The notes: a model not told the origin generated them from the letters alone. A stretch of 64,000 nt of DNA from an uncultured Chloroflexia bacterium (GCA_963825905.1 CAWGUL010000008.1:12944-76943); one strand, 5' to 3'; positions 51,545-61,226 are shown, counted from the first letter of the stretch. Translations and numbers: made by a program.

Positions 51545-52219
51545 ATGGCCGAGCTCCACGTCCTCCGCGTATTCGTCGACGAGTCGGGCGCGCACGGCAA
51601 CCCGCTCGGCGTGTTCCTCGACGGAGCGGCCATTCCGCCGGACCGGCGCGCCGAGGTGGCGGCGCGGCTCGGCTTCTCCGAGACCGTGTTCGTCGACAAC
51701 GCCGCGAGCGGCGAGGTCCGGGTCTTCACGCCGGGCCGCGAGCTCGCCTTCGCCGGTCACCCGCTCGTCGGGACCGCCTGGCTGCTCGCGTCCCACGGGC
51801 TCGAGGTCCCGACGCTCCGGCCGCCGGCGGGCGAGGTGCCGACCTGGGAGGCGGATGGGTTGCGCTGGATCCGCGGCCGCGCCGCGTGGGTGCACGAGAT
51901 CGATCTCGAGCAGCTGCCCGATGGCGCGGCGGTCGACCGCCGTTTCGGTGCGCCGCCCGGCGTCGAATCGCTCTATGTCTGGGCCTGGGAGGACGAGGCG
52001 GCCGGCCGCGTCCGGAGTCGCTACTTCGCCCCGGGGCTCGGCATCGCGGAGGATGAGGCAACCGGGGCCGCGGCCGTCGTCCTCACCGATCGGCTCGGTC
52101 GAGCGGTCGGCATCCGCCAGGGTCGCGGCTCACGTCTCAGCGCCCGGCCCGGACCCGATGGCACGGTCGAGGTGGGCGGTCGCGCGGTGCTCGACGAGGT
52201 GCGCGACTTCACTCTCTGA
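51545..52219 (+). CDS. PhzF-family (phenazine biosynthesis-like) isomerase
   Basis: From ATG at 51545: LHVLRVFVDESGAHGNPLGVFLDG, GFSETVFV, FAGHPLVGTAW, EDEATGAAA. Confidence 0.75.
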   Translation: MAELHVLRVFVDESGAHGNPLGVFLDGAAIPPDRRAEVAARLGFSETVFVDNAASGEVRVFTPGRELAFAGHPLVGTAWLLASHGLEVPTLRPPAGEVPTWEADGLRWIRGRAAWVHEIDLEQLPDGAAVDRRFGAPPGVESLYVWAWEDEAAGRVRSRYFAPGLGIAEDEATGAAAVVLTDRLGRAVGIRQGRGSRLSARPGPDGTVEVGGRAVLDEVRDFTL

Positions 52220-52249
52220 GCGACGCCGCGGACTCCGGGCCGCCGGCGG

Positions 52250-53884
52250 CTATGCCTTCGCCAGCGCCGCCCGCTCGGCAAGCGCGATCGGCAGCGTGCC
52301 TGCCCCCGCGATCGCGTCGTGGAAGTCGCGCAGCGTGTCGACGTCGCCCGCGGTCGCGCCGCGCCGGGCGAAGAACGCATCCCGGATCCGCGCGATCTCC
52401 AGCGCGCCGGTGAGGTACGAGCTCGCCTGCGTCGGCCACGAGCAGTAGCGGGTCACCTCGGCGATCGCGGTCGGCTCGGTGAGCGAGGAGTGGGCGAGCA
52501 TGTACGCCACCGCCTCGGCATGTCCCATCTCGCCCATGTGGAGCGCGGTGTCGACCACGATCCGGGCGGCCCGGAAGAGGCGCGCCTCGACCTGGTAGAA
52601 GACATGGCGCAGGTCGTCGTAGAAGGCGGCGTTCGTCATCATCTCCTCCGCGTAGAGCGCCCAGCCCTCCGCGAAGTAGCTCGTGCCGAACTCGGCGCGC
52701 ATCGGCGACGGATTCGTCTTCGCCATCGCCAGGTGCCAGTGGTGGCCGGGGTATGCCTCGTGGACCGCGGTGGTCGGGATGCCCGGGTACGAGTTCGACT
52801 CGAGCCGCTTGCCGATCTCCTCCTCCGAGGCCCCGTCCGGCGGGAATGGCACGAAGAAGTGGCCACGGAATGTCGCCGCGTAGTGCGGCGGGGCCACGTA
52901 GCTGGCGACCGCGATCACCGGCCGCTGGAACGGCGGCGACGGAACGACAAGGCACTCCTCGCCGGCCGGGAACGAGACGAGCCGCCGGTCGTGGAGGAAC
53001 TGGCGCGCGCGCTCGGTCCACTCCTCGTAGCCGACCCGCATCGCCTCTGGATCGGCGGGCCGATCGACATTGAGCTCGCCGATGAGCTTCTTCCAGTCGT
53101 CGTGGCCCGCGATCTCGCCGGAGAGGCGCCGCATCTCGCCGAGCAGGAGCTCCACCTGGTCCAGACCGCGCTGGTGCAGGCCGCGGGTGTCGAGGTCGAG
53201 CTGCTCGGCGTCGCGCAGGACGGCGGTGTAGTTCTCCTCGCCGAACGCCCACTCGCCGGTCGCGGCGGGACGCATCTCCTCCAGGAAGGCGGCGTAGGCC
53301 TCGAACGCATCGGCCGCGGCCGCACCCGCCGCCGCCAGGTCGGCGCGATGCTCCTCCGCAACGTCCGCGGGCAGGAGGTCGCGCACGTAGCGCGCACCGG
53401 CGCGTGCCTGGTTGATGGCGCGCTCCAGGATGACGAGCGGCACCATCTCGGGCCGCAGGTTGGCGCGGCCGGCCTCGAGGTTGGCCGGCACGAGGCGCAG
53501 GCGCGCGGCCGCCGCGGCAGCCAGCTCGCCCTCCGGGCGCAGGCGGTGAAGGAAGAGGACGAAGACGCCCCGCATCCCGGGGTTGAGGTAGAGATCGGGC
53601 TGGCGGCGCCAGATCTCCCATGCGTGGTAGATCGCCCGCTCACGAAGCTGGCTGACGGCGAGGTCGCGGTCGATCGCCTCGTCGAAGGTCAGCTCGTCAT
53701 CGGCCAGGCCGGAGAACCGCTCGAGCCATGCCGCCGAGCGGGCGGCATCGGCCTCGATCGCCTCGGCGGACATGTCGTCGAGCTGGTCGTCATAGTCGGT
53801 GAGGCCCAGGTACGAGGCACGAACCGGGTTGGTGGCGTGCTCCTCCTCGAGGAACTGGACGGCAAGGTCAGCGAAGGACGGCAC
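52250..53884 (-). CDS. DUF885 family protein (second paralogue)
   Basis: 544 aa. FLEEEHATNPVRASYLG, HEAYPGHHWHLAMA, AEGWALYAEEMM. GTG start. Confidence 0.8.
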   Translation of the reverse strand: MPSFADLAVQFLEEEHATNPVRASYLGLTDYDDQLDDMSAEAIEADAARSAAWLERFSGLADDELTFDEAIDRDLAVSQLRERAIYHAWEIWRRQPDLYLNPGMRGVFVLFLHRLRPEGELAAAAAARLRLVPANLEAGRANLRPEMVPLVILERAINQARAGARYVRDLLPADVAEEHRADLAAAGAAAADAFEAYAAFLEEMRPAATGEWAFGEENYTAVLRDAEQLDLDTRGLHQRGLDQVELLLGEMRRLSGEIAGHDDWKKLIGELNVDRPADPEAMRVGYEEWTERARQFLHDRRLVSFPAGEECLVVPSPPFQRPVIAVASYVAPPHYAATFRGHFFVPFPPDGASEEEIGKRLESNSYPGIPTTAVHEAYPGHHWHLAMAKTNPSPMRAEFGTSYFAEGWALYAEEMMTNAAFYDDLRHVFYQVEARLFRAARIVVDTALHMGEMGHAEAVAYMLAHSSLTEPTAIAEVTRYCSWPTQASSYLTGALEIARIRDAFFARRGATAGDVDTLRDFHDAIAGAGTLPIALAERAALAKA

Positions 53885-54004
53885 TGGATGGGCACCCCCA
53901 ACTGGTTGTTGGACACAAGGACCGGTGAGGACGCGGGCAGCATAGACCGATGATCTGGCTCCGCGACGGCCCGCACGACGCGCTAGGGAGCAGTCCGGCC
54001 CTCG

Positions 54005-55036
54005 TCAGCGCCGCGGCGGCACGAGCCGGCCGAAGCGGTCGGGATCGGCGGCGGCAGCGACCTGGATCGCGTTGAGCGCGGCGCCCTTGCGGAGGTTGTC
54101 GCTCGACAGCCAGAGCGCGAAGCCGCGGTCGCGGCCGGGGATGGCGCGCAGCCGCCCGACGAGCACCGGGTCACGGCCCTCGGCGTCGAGTGGCATCGGG
54201 TGACGGTCGCTCCCGTCGGCGGGCCGGTACTCGAGTCCCGGGGCCGCCCGGAGTGCCGCCTCCAGCTCCGCGACCGTCGTTTCGCGCACCGTCCGGATGT
54301 GGAGCGCGACGCTGTGGCCGGTGTGGACCGGCACGCGCACCGTGGTGGCCGCCACGTCGAGGTCCGGCATGCTGAGGATCTTGCGGATCTCGGCGTGGAT
54401 CTTCCGCTCCTCGCCGGTCCAGCCCGTCTCATCCAGCACGTCGATCTGGGGGACCACGCTGTCGGCGATGCGCCCGTGGAACGGGGAGCCGGCGGCACGG
54501 TCGCGATGCGCGGTCCCCCGCTCGGCCTCGAAGGCGTCGAGGCCAACGCGGCCGGCGCCGCTCACCGCCTGGTAGCTGGCGAGGTCGACCGATGACAGCC
54601 CCGCCGCGTCGCGGATCGGTGCCAGTGCCACGACGACGGCCGCCGTCGTGCAGTTCGGGTTCGCGATGAGGTTGCCGCGCCGCTCCCGCGCGGCGTGCCC
54701 GTTCGCCTCCGGCACGACGAGCGGGACGTCGATGGAGAGGCGGAAGGCGCTGGAGTTGTCGATCACCAGCGGGACCGATGCGCCGACTCCGGCCATGATC
54801 TCGCGGCTCTGGGGTGCGTCGACGGCGAGGAACAGCACGTCGAGCTCGGACGCGCCCGCGGCATCGAGGACGCCGACCGGCAGGCTGTCGCCTCGGTAGG
54901 TGAGCGTGGTCCCGCCGTCGTGTCCGAAGGCGCGGAGCGACGCCGCCGGGAGCCCGGCGTCGGCGAGGATGGAGCAGAGGACGCTCCCCACCACACCACG
55001 CGCGCCGGCCACGCCGACCGTCGGCCAGTCGGTCAT
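54005..55036 (-). CDS. asd: Aspartate-semialdehyde dehydrogenase
   Basis: From ATG at 55036 (ATGA overlap with the hom stop): VGVAGARGVVG, IANPNCTT (active-site Cys), YQAVSGAG, RVPVHTGHS. Confidence 0.9.
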   Translation of the reverse strand: MTDWPTVGVAGARGVVGSVLCSILADAGLPAASLRAFGHDGGTTLTYRGDSLPVGVLDAAGASELDVLFLAVDAPQSREIMAGVGASVPLVIDNSSAFRLSIDVPLVVPEANGHAARERRGNLIANPNCTTAAVVVALAPIRDAAGLSSVDLASYQAVSGAGRVGLDAFEAERGTAHRDRAAGSPFHGRIADSVVPQIDVLDETGWTGEERKIHAEIRKILSMPDLDVAATTVRVPVHTGHSVALHIRTVRETTVAELEAALRAAPGLEYRPADGSDRHPMPLDAEGRDPVLVGRLRAIPGRDRGFALWLSSDNLRKGAALNAIQVAAAADPDRFGRLVPPRR

Positions 55037-55956
55037 TGGTCCGCTCCGAAGAGGATCGGCCGCTCTCCCGCGACGAGCCGCGCGAGGTCCGCGTAGACCG
55101 CCCCTGCGGTGACGCGTCCCCCCGCTCCGGGACCGCTCACCGTGAAGGTGCCGGCATCCGCGACCTCCACGGCGAGGAGGTTGCCGATCCCCGACACCGG
55201 CGCGAGCGGATCGTCGGCCGCCAGCTCCATCGGTCCCACGCGCAGCTCCTCCGGCGTGGCCTCGGCTACCAGGCGCACCGTCGCGCCGGGTGCCACCGAG
55301 AGCCCGACGATACCCGACGTCGCCACCTCGGCCTCCGCCCGCCAGCGGCCCCAGGCCACCGACGCCAGGACGGCGAGCTTCTGGGCGGCGTCGCGCCCCA
55401 TCACGTCGAAGGTGGGATCGGCCTCGGCGTAGCCCGCCCGCTGGGCTTCCCGGAGCGCGTCGTCGTAGCCGCGACCCTCCCCCATCGCGGTGCAGATGAA
55501 CGTCGTGGTCGCGTTCACAATCCCGCGAAGTCTCGCGATCTTGCCGGTGGCCGCGAGATGGGCGACTGTCTCGATCATGGGCGCGCCACCGCCCACGCTC
55601 GCGCTGCCCAGCAGTGCGGCGCCGTGCGCCTCCGCGAGCGTCGCGAGCTCCCCGCCGTGGGTGGCGAGCAGCGCCTTGTTTGCGGTCACGTACGGCTTGC
55701 CGGCCACGAGGGTGGCGCGTGCCCATGCCAGCGGCACCTCCGCGCCACCGGCGAGCTCCACCACCACGTCAGCGTCGACGGCCGCTTCGGGTGGACCGAT
55801 GCGCACGCCGCGCGGAAGGGCGCTGCTCCGGACACGGGCCGGATCGCGCACCGCGACCACGGCCAGCTGGAGCGGCAGCGGCCCGCGCAGCACCAGCTCG
55901 CCGAGGGCGGCGCCGACCGTGCCCCAGCCGATGAGCCCGATGCGGAGATCGCTCAC
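55033..55956 (-). CDS. hom: Homoserine dehydrogenase (short form without ACT domain)
   Basis: IGLIGWGTVGAAL, VTANKALLA, ASVGGGAPMIE, DPTFDVMGRDAAQKLAVLA. Confidence 0.8.
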   Translation of the reverse strand: MSDLRIGLIGWGTVGAALGELVLRGPLPLQLAVVAVRDPARVRSSALPRGVRIGPPEAAVDADVVVELAGGAEVPLAWARATLVAGKPYVTANKALLATHGGELATLAEAHGAALLGSASVGGGAPMIETVAHLAATGKIARLRGIVNATTTFICTAMGEGRGYDDALREAQRAGYAEADPTFDVMGRDAAQKLAVLASVAWGRWRAEAEVATSGIVGLSVAPGATVRLVAEATPEELRVGPMELAADDPLAPVSGIGNLLAVEVADAGTFTVSGPGAGGRVTAGAVYADLARLVAGERPILFGADQ

Positions 55957-56094
55957 CTACGAGCTCGCCGGGTGCGATCCATGGGCCACCGCGATGGTGC
56001 ACGGCTGGCCGGCGGTGTCGCCACCGATCCCGAGCACCGAACAACCGGCCAGGAGCATGGTGGCAGGCACCCAGGAGGCGAAGTTTCGGCGCAT
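55957..56094 (-). CDS. Possible 45-aa lipoprotein ORF abutting the hom start
   Basis: MRRNFASWVPATMLLAGCSVLG.. has an n-region, an h-region and lipobox LLAGC. Its TAG is immediately followed by the hom GTG. Below the track size cutoff; weak support. Confidence 0.3.
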   Translation of the reverse strand: MRRNFASWVPATMLLAGCSVLGIGGDTAGQPCTIAVAHGSHPASS

Positions 56095-56170
56095 CCCGGG
56101 ATCGTGGGGCGCCACGGTGGATCGGTCAACAGCGGTACATCCCGCGAAGGGCGGGTACACTCTGCGGGCC

Positions 56171-56506
56171 ATGGGAGCCACCGAAACCGTCGACCTGTTC
56201 ATCGAGCTGATCAACGACGACCGCCGCGAGAAGGCGATCGAGCTGTTCGCCGAGAACGCCGTGCTGGGCATCAGCGTGCCCGGCTCCGACGAGCGCACCA
56301 ACCTGCGCGGTCGCGACAAGGTCGGCGGCTGGTTCGTGCGCGCCGGTGACGGGTTCCGGATGTACACCAACGACAGCCGCAACATGGGCAGCAGCTACAT
56401 CGCCGACGTGACGGTCATGCGTCCGGGCGTGCCACCCATGAACGTGGAGGCGAACTTCCGGGTCGAGGCGGGCGAGATCGTCGCCCTCTTCCTGCAGCCG
56501 AACTAG
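56171..56506 (+). CDS. Small NTF2/SnoaL-like protein
   Basis: From ATG at 56171: ETVDLFIELINDDRREKAIELFAENAVL.. (111 aa). The rest of the 338-aa track ORF is antisense junk. Confidence 0.55.
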   Translation: MGATETVDLFIELINDDRREKAIELFAENAVLGISVPGSDERTNLRGRDKVGGWFVRAGDGFRMYTNDSRNMGSSYIADVTVMRPGVPPMNVEANFRVEAGEIVALFLQPN

Positions 56507-56567
56507 CGGCGCGCCCGGCGCCTGGGTTGTTCGCCGATGGGCGGTCGTCGCGTGGGGTGACTCGTTC

Positions 56568-56610
56568 GTGACGCACGCTGTCACATGCAGCACGTGACGC
56601 ACGATGTCAC
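56568..56610. repeat. Two copies of a 17-bp palindrome GTGAC-GCACGNT-GTCAC, 26 nt apart, in a convergent intergenic region
   Basis: gtgacgcacgctgtcac (56568-56584) and gtgacgcacgatgtcac (56594-56610), with an extra GTGAC at 56557. Confidence 0.5.
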
Positions 56611-56647
56611 GAGCGGTCGACCCGCGACGGCAACGCCGCTCTGCGAC

Positions 56648-57945
56648 TCAGTCCCCTCCCCCGTCGCATGACTTGATCCGCGGCCCGAAGAACGCCTCGG
56701 CCTGCTTCTTGTTCATCGTCGCGAGTTCCGGAGGCAGTGGCGCATCCGCGCCGCACGCCTGCTGGTAGGCGATGACCTGGTCGCGGATCGGCTTCGGCAG
56801 GCTGCCGATGTCCGTCGTCGGCGACGCGCTGGGCGTGGCGAGCGGGGTTGCGCGAGCGCTCGGTGATGCGCTGGCGGAGGATGAAGCGGCGCCCGGCAGG
56901 CCATTGACGGCGAGGATCACGACCGCGACCGCCGCGGCGCCAGCGAGGACGAGCAGCGGCCACCACACCGGATCGCGCCGGCGGCGCGAGGTGACAGCAG
57001 GTGCCACCGCCGGTTGCGCGGCCGCAGCGACCGGGGGCGGCACCACGACGGGCAGTGAGGCGGTCACCGCCTCGGGGTCCACCGTGGCACCAGCGTCCAG
57101 CAATGCCTCCGCATCTGGCTCGCCCGCCAGCCAGGCGCGCAGCGCGGCGGCGACCGTGCCGGCGTGCCGCGGCCGCGCGGCCGGGTCGATCGCGAGGCAC
57201 GCAGTGGCGATATGCGCGAGGCTCGGATCCGTCTCCGGCAGCGGCCCTGGCCCGACCCGTTGCGCTTCGGCCAGCGTGACCGTGCTGGCGGCGGCGAAGG
57301 GAACTCGGCCGCTGAGCATCTGCCACAGCACCGCGCCGAGCCCCCACAGGTCCGTCCGCGGACCGATGGTCTCGCCGGCGAGCTGCTCCGGCGCCATGTA
57401 GCGCAGCGTGCCGACCACCGTGCCGGTCGCCGTCAGCCGCTCGGCGGCGTCGTCGAGCATGCGCGCGATGCCGAAGTCGACGAGCCGAGCCCGCCCGTCG
57501 CGCTCGAGCAGGATGTTGCCGGGGGTCACGTCACGGTGCACGACCCCGCGCTGGTGGGCATGCACAAGCGCCTCCGCCACCTCGGCCGCGATCCGCGCGG
57601 CCTCTCGCTCGGGGAGCCTGCCCGCCCGCCCCAGCCGCGCGGCGAGCGACTCGCCATCGACGAGCTCGAGCACGATCCCGGGGCTGTCGCCGCTCGCGTC
57701 GACGTCGTAGACCGCCACGATCCCCGGGTGGCCGAGCCCTGCGACCGCGCGCGCCTCGGCGGCAAGGCGAGCCCGCGACCCCTCGTCGGGGAGGAGATGC
57801 GGGTGGAGGAGCTTCACGGCCACGTCGCGGTCCAGCTGCTCGTCGTGTGCGCGCCACACCTCCGCCGTGCCGCCCGCGGCGATGCGCTCGGTCAGGCGGT
57901 AGCGGCCGAGGACGCGGCGCGTGGTGGGATCGGTGGGCGTGGTCA
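56648..57945 (-). CDS. Hanks-type Ser/Thr protein kinase with a C-terminal TM and a small extracytoplasmic domain
   Basis: From ATG at 57945: VAVKLL, HRDVTPGNILL (Thr where Lys is usual), DFGIA, TLRYMAPE, TM WWPLLVLAGAAAVAVVILAV. Confidence 0.85.
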
Positions 57946-57980
57946 TCGGTGGCTCCGGGAGAGCAGGAAGCGTGCGAGGC

Positions 57981-58742
57981 CTACGGGAAGAGATCCATGG
58001 CACGGTCCATGACGAGGTCGGCCGCGCGACCGTCACCCGCCTCGTGGTCCCAGCCGCGGACGACGACGACCGGGAGCTGCGCGACCTTGCCACCGGCAAG
58101 ATCCGCGGCCGACGCGAGCTGGTCCGCCACGGCGGTGATCGTGGCATGCATGACGCGCCCGGCAGCGTCCGGCCGGCCGCGCAGGTCGAGCAGGGGCGCG
58201 AGCCCGGCGCTGCCGATCGCGACGTTGACGATCCCGTTGCGCCACGGTCGGCCGAACGAGTCGCTCACCACGACCGCCGGCGTGACCCCGAGCCGCGCCT
58301 GCAGGCCGTCGCGAATCGCTGCCGCCGACGCATCCGGGTCGACCGGGAGCAGCGTGGCCGCGTCGCCGACCCCGACGTTCGAGAGGTCGACGCCGGCGTT
58401 CGCGCAGACGAGGCCGTGCCGGGTGCGGCTGATGATCAGCCCGTTCGGCCCGATTCGGACGATCTCCGCCGACTCACGCAGCACGAGCTCCACCTGGCGC
58501 GGGTCCTTGTCCCAGCGGGCGCCGAATTCCGAGGCCCACGGCCGGGGCTCCACCGTAGCAAGGTCGACCATTCGCCCCTCCGCCTTGCTGACGATCTTCT
58601 GCGTCACGACGAGGATGTCGTCCTCGCGCAGACCGATGCCGGCGGCCTCGGCCGCCCCGACGATGAGATCCGCGAGGTCATCGCCGGCCGCGACCTCCGG
58701 GATCCCGGGCAGCGCGATGAGCTCGAGCGAGCCCGCCGTCAT
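57981..58742 (-). CDS. cofE: Coenzyme F420-0:L-glutamate ligase (stand-alone CofE, no nitroreductase-like C-terminal domain)
   Basis: From ATG at 58742 (ATGA overlap with the cofC stop): ALPGIPEVAAGDDLADLI..DILVVTQKIVSKAEGR..ANAGVDLSN..DSFGRPWR. Confidence 0.85.
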   Translation of the reverse strand: MTAGSLELIALPGIPEVAAGDDLADLIVGAAEAAGIGLREDDILVVTQKIVSKAEGRMVDLATVEPRPWASEFGARWDKDPRQVELVLRESAEIVRIGPNGLIISRTRHGLVCANAGVDLSNVGVGDAATLLPVDPDASAAAIRDGLQARLGVTPAVVVSDSFGRPWRNGIVNVAIGSAGLAPLLDLRGRPDAAGRVMHATITAVADQLASAADLAGGKVAQLPVVVVRGWDHEAGDGRAADLVMDRAMDLFP

Positions 58743-59341
58743 GCGGCGTCCCCGAGCTCGATCCAGCGTGCGAGGTCGGCGGGCGTGTCGAGGTCGAAGG
58801 CGAGGCCCGGCCGCTCGAGGATCGCAACCTGGACACCGGCCGCTTCGGCCGCGGCGCAATGGGCGGCGAAGCTTGCCTCGCCGAAGGCGAAGTCGATGGC
58901 GTCGGCGGGGCGCAGCGCGAGGGCGTTCGTCCCGCTGCCGCCGCGGTCCGGCGCGATCGTCAGGCCGGAGGGCGAGGGCGTGGCGGCGAGGAGCGCCCGG
59001 ACGTCGTCCGGGCCGAGGTTCGGCAGGTCACCGTGGAGGACGCCGAGCAGGCCGATCCCCGCCTCGACGGCCGCCCGGCGCGCCTGCTCGAGGCCGGTAT
59101 TGAGGCCCATGCCGCGCTGGACGACGAGCGTGGCGCCGATCGGCTCGACGATCGCGATGAGCGCCTCGGACGGGGTGATCACCACGACGTCGTCGGCCGC
59201 CTCGCGGACGACGCGCAGCACCCGCTCCAGCAGCTCACGCGCGAGCGCCACCCGCTCCCCGGGATCGAGCACCGGGGCGAGGCGCGTCTTCGCGGCGGCG
59301 AGGCCGCGGTGCGGGACGATGATGCGGATCGGCTCGCTCAC
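58739..59341 (-). CDS. cofC: 2-phospho-L-lactate (or PEP) guanylyltransferase
   Basis: 200 aa. IIVPHRGLAAAKTRLAPVL..VVVITP..GLNTGLEQA..HGDLPNL. Confidence 0.8.
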   Translation of the reverse strand: MSEPIRIIVPHRGLAAAKTRLAPVLDPGERVALARELLERVLRVVREAADDVVVITPSEALIAIVEPIGATLVVQRGMGLNTGLEQARRAAVEAGIGLLGVLHGDLPNLGPDDVRALLAATPSPSGLTIAPDRGGSGTNALALRPADAIDFAFGEASFAAHCAAAEAAGVQVAILERPGLAFDLDTPADLARWIELGDAA

Positions 59342-60273
59342 GGGTCGAGCATACCGCCGCCCTCGATGAGGGCCCGGGCGAGGGTCGCCCGGTCCGCGTC
59401 GCTGCGCATGACGGTGGGCAGCACCCGCGGCGTCATCCCGAGGGCCGCGATCTCCGGTGCAAGGGCCGCATCCGCGCCGTCCAATACGAACGATTCCACG
59501 ATCCCGGCGTATCGGCGCGCCACGCCAACGGCGCTCACGTCCTCGCCCAGCGAGGCGAGCATCCGGTCGGCAGGGCCCCTGAGGGCGCGGCCGGCGATGA
59601 TCGGGCTGACCGCCACCGCCCGAGCGGCGGCGACCGCGTCGCGCAGCTCCGCGACGGCGAGGATGGGACCGATGCTGACAACCGGGTTCGACGGTCCGAT
59701 GACCACGAGATCGGCGTCGCGGATCGCCGCCCCGGCCGCGGCGCTCGCTCGGGCGGATGCCTCGCCATCCAGGCGCACGCCGGTCACCGCCGGCTCCTGG
59801 CGACGCGCCACGAAGTAGTCCTGGAAGTCGAGCTCACCGGCATCGGTCTGGATCATCGTCCGCAGCCGGTCGTCGCTGGCCGGGAGCACATGAGCCGTGA
59901 TCCGGAGCGCGCCGGCCATGGCGGCGGTGGCATCGGTCAGCGAGGCTCCTGCACTGAGGAGCTCCGTACGCCGCACATGCGTGGCAAGGTCCGCGTCGCC
60001 GATCTGGAACCAGGTGCGATCGGCCCCGAGGCGCTCGAGCATGGCAAGCGCCGTATGCGTGTCACCCGCCACGCCCCAACCGGTCTCGCGGTTCAGCAGC
60101 CCGGCAAGGGTGTAGAGGACGCTGTCGATGTCGGGGCTGACGTGGAGGCCGTGGAGCTCGGTGTCGTCGCCGACGTTGACGACGACCGAAAGCTCGCCGG
60201 CGGCGAGGACCTGGGCGAAGCCGTGGGCGAGCTTCGCGCCGCCCGTGCCGCCGGCGAGGAGCGCAACCTTCAC
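59338..60273 (-). CDS. cofD: 2-phospho-L-lactate transferase
   Basis: From GTG at 60273 (GTGA overlap with the upstream stop): VALLAGGTGGAKLAHG..NVGDDTELHGLHVSPDIDSVLYTLAG..IGPSNPVVSIGPIL. Confidence 0.85.
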   Translation of the reverse strand: MKVALLAGGTGGAKLAHGFAQVLAAGELSVVVNVGDDTELHGLHVSPDIDSVLYTLAGLLNRETGWGVAGDTHTALAMLERLGADRTWFQIGDADLATHVRRTELLSAGASLTDATAAMAGALRITAHVLPASDDRLRTMIQTDAGELDFQDYFVARRQEPAVTGVRLDGEASARASAAAGAAIRDADLVVIGPSNPVVSIGPILAVAELRDAVAAARAVAVSPIIAGRALRGPADRMLASLGEDVSAVGVARRYAGIVESFVLDGADAALAPEIAALGMTPRVLPTVMRSDADRATLARALIEGGGMLDP

Positions 60274-61226
60274 GAGCCCGCCAGCATCGGCCGCACCTCG
60301 GTCGCGAGGCGCTCGAGCGACTCGGCGTCGTGCGGCGCCGGGAAGCCGACGATGAGGTGCCGGAACCCGATCCCCAGGTATGGCCGCAGCTGCTCGGCGA
60401 CCTGCTCCGGCGTCCCAGCGAGCTGGTTGGGCCACGGCCGGGCACCGCCGTTGCCCCGGAACGTGGCCGCCACCACGCGCCGCGCCTCGGCGGGATCGTC
60501 CCGGATGACGCAGACCCCAACGCCGGCGGTCCGCTCGATCTCCGACTCGTCGCGGCCGATCTCGTCGCAGTGGCGGCGCAGCACCTCGTCCTTGTGCCGC
60601 ACGTTCTCGAAGCCGCCGCCGAAATTACAGGCGTCGGCGTAGCGCGCGACGGTGCGCAGCGTTCGCCGCTCCCCGCCGCCGCCGATGAGGAGCGGCAGGT
60701 GCGATTGGACGGGGGGCGGGTCGTTGCGCACCTCGCGAGTGGCGTAGTAGCGCTCGCCGGAGGGTCGCTCGCCGTGGAGCATGCCGCGCATGATCCGCGC
60801 CGCCTCGTCGAGCCAGCGTAGCCGCTCCCCTGGCGAGCCGCCGAACTCGATCCCGAACGCGGTGTGCTCCGTCTCGAACCATGCGCCGCCGATGCCGAGG
60901 ATCGCGCGGCCGCCGGAGATGTGGTCGAGCGTCGTCGCCATCTTCGCCACCAGCGCCGGGTTGCGGAACGTGTTCGCGCCGACCATGAGGCCCAGCCGGG
61001 CGTGCGTCGTGGCCTCGGCCCACGCGGCGAGGGAGAGCCACGCCTCGAACATCGGTCCCTCGTGGTCGCCGACGATCGGGTACAGATGGTCCCAGGTCCA
61101 CACGTCGTCGTAGCCGAGCTCATCGGCGCGGATGGCCGCGGCGCGGAAGGCGGGCCAGGTCGTGTACTGGTTCCAGAACAGGACGCCGAGCCGGACGTCG
61201 GTGGTGGCGCCGCCGGCCTCAGTCAT
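60270..61226 (-). CDS. LLM-class (luciferase-like) F420-dependent oxidoreductase
   Basis: 318 aa. DDVWTWDHL, NTFRNPALVAKMATTLDHISGGRAILGIGGAW. Confidence 0.8.
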   Translation of the reverse strand: MTEAGGATTDVRLGVLFWNQYTTWPAFRAAAIRADELGYDDVWTWDHLYPIVGDHEGPMFEAWLSLAAWAEATTHARLGLMVGANTFRNPALVAKMATTLDHISGGRAILGIGGAWFETEHTAFGIEFGGSPGERLRWLDEAARIMRGMLHGERPSGERYYATREVRNDPPPVQSHLPLLIGGGGERRTLRTVARYADACNFGGGFENVRHKDEVLRRHCDEIGRDESEIERTAGVGVCVIRDDPAEARRVVAATFRGNGGARPWPNQLAGTPEQVAEQLRPYLGIGFRHLIVGFPAPHDAESLERLATEVRPMLAGS

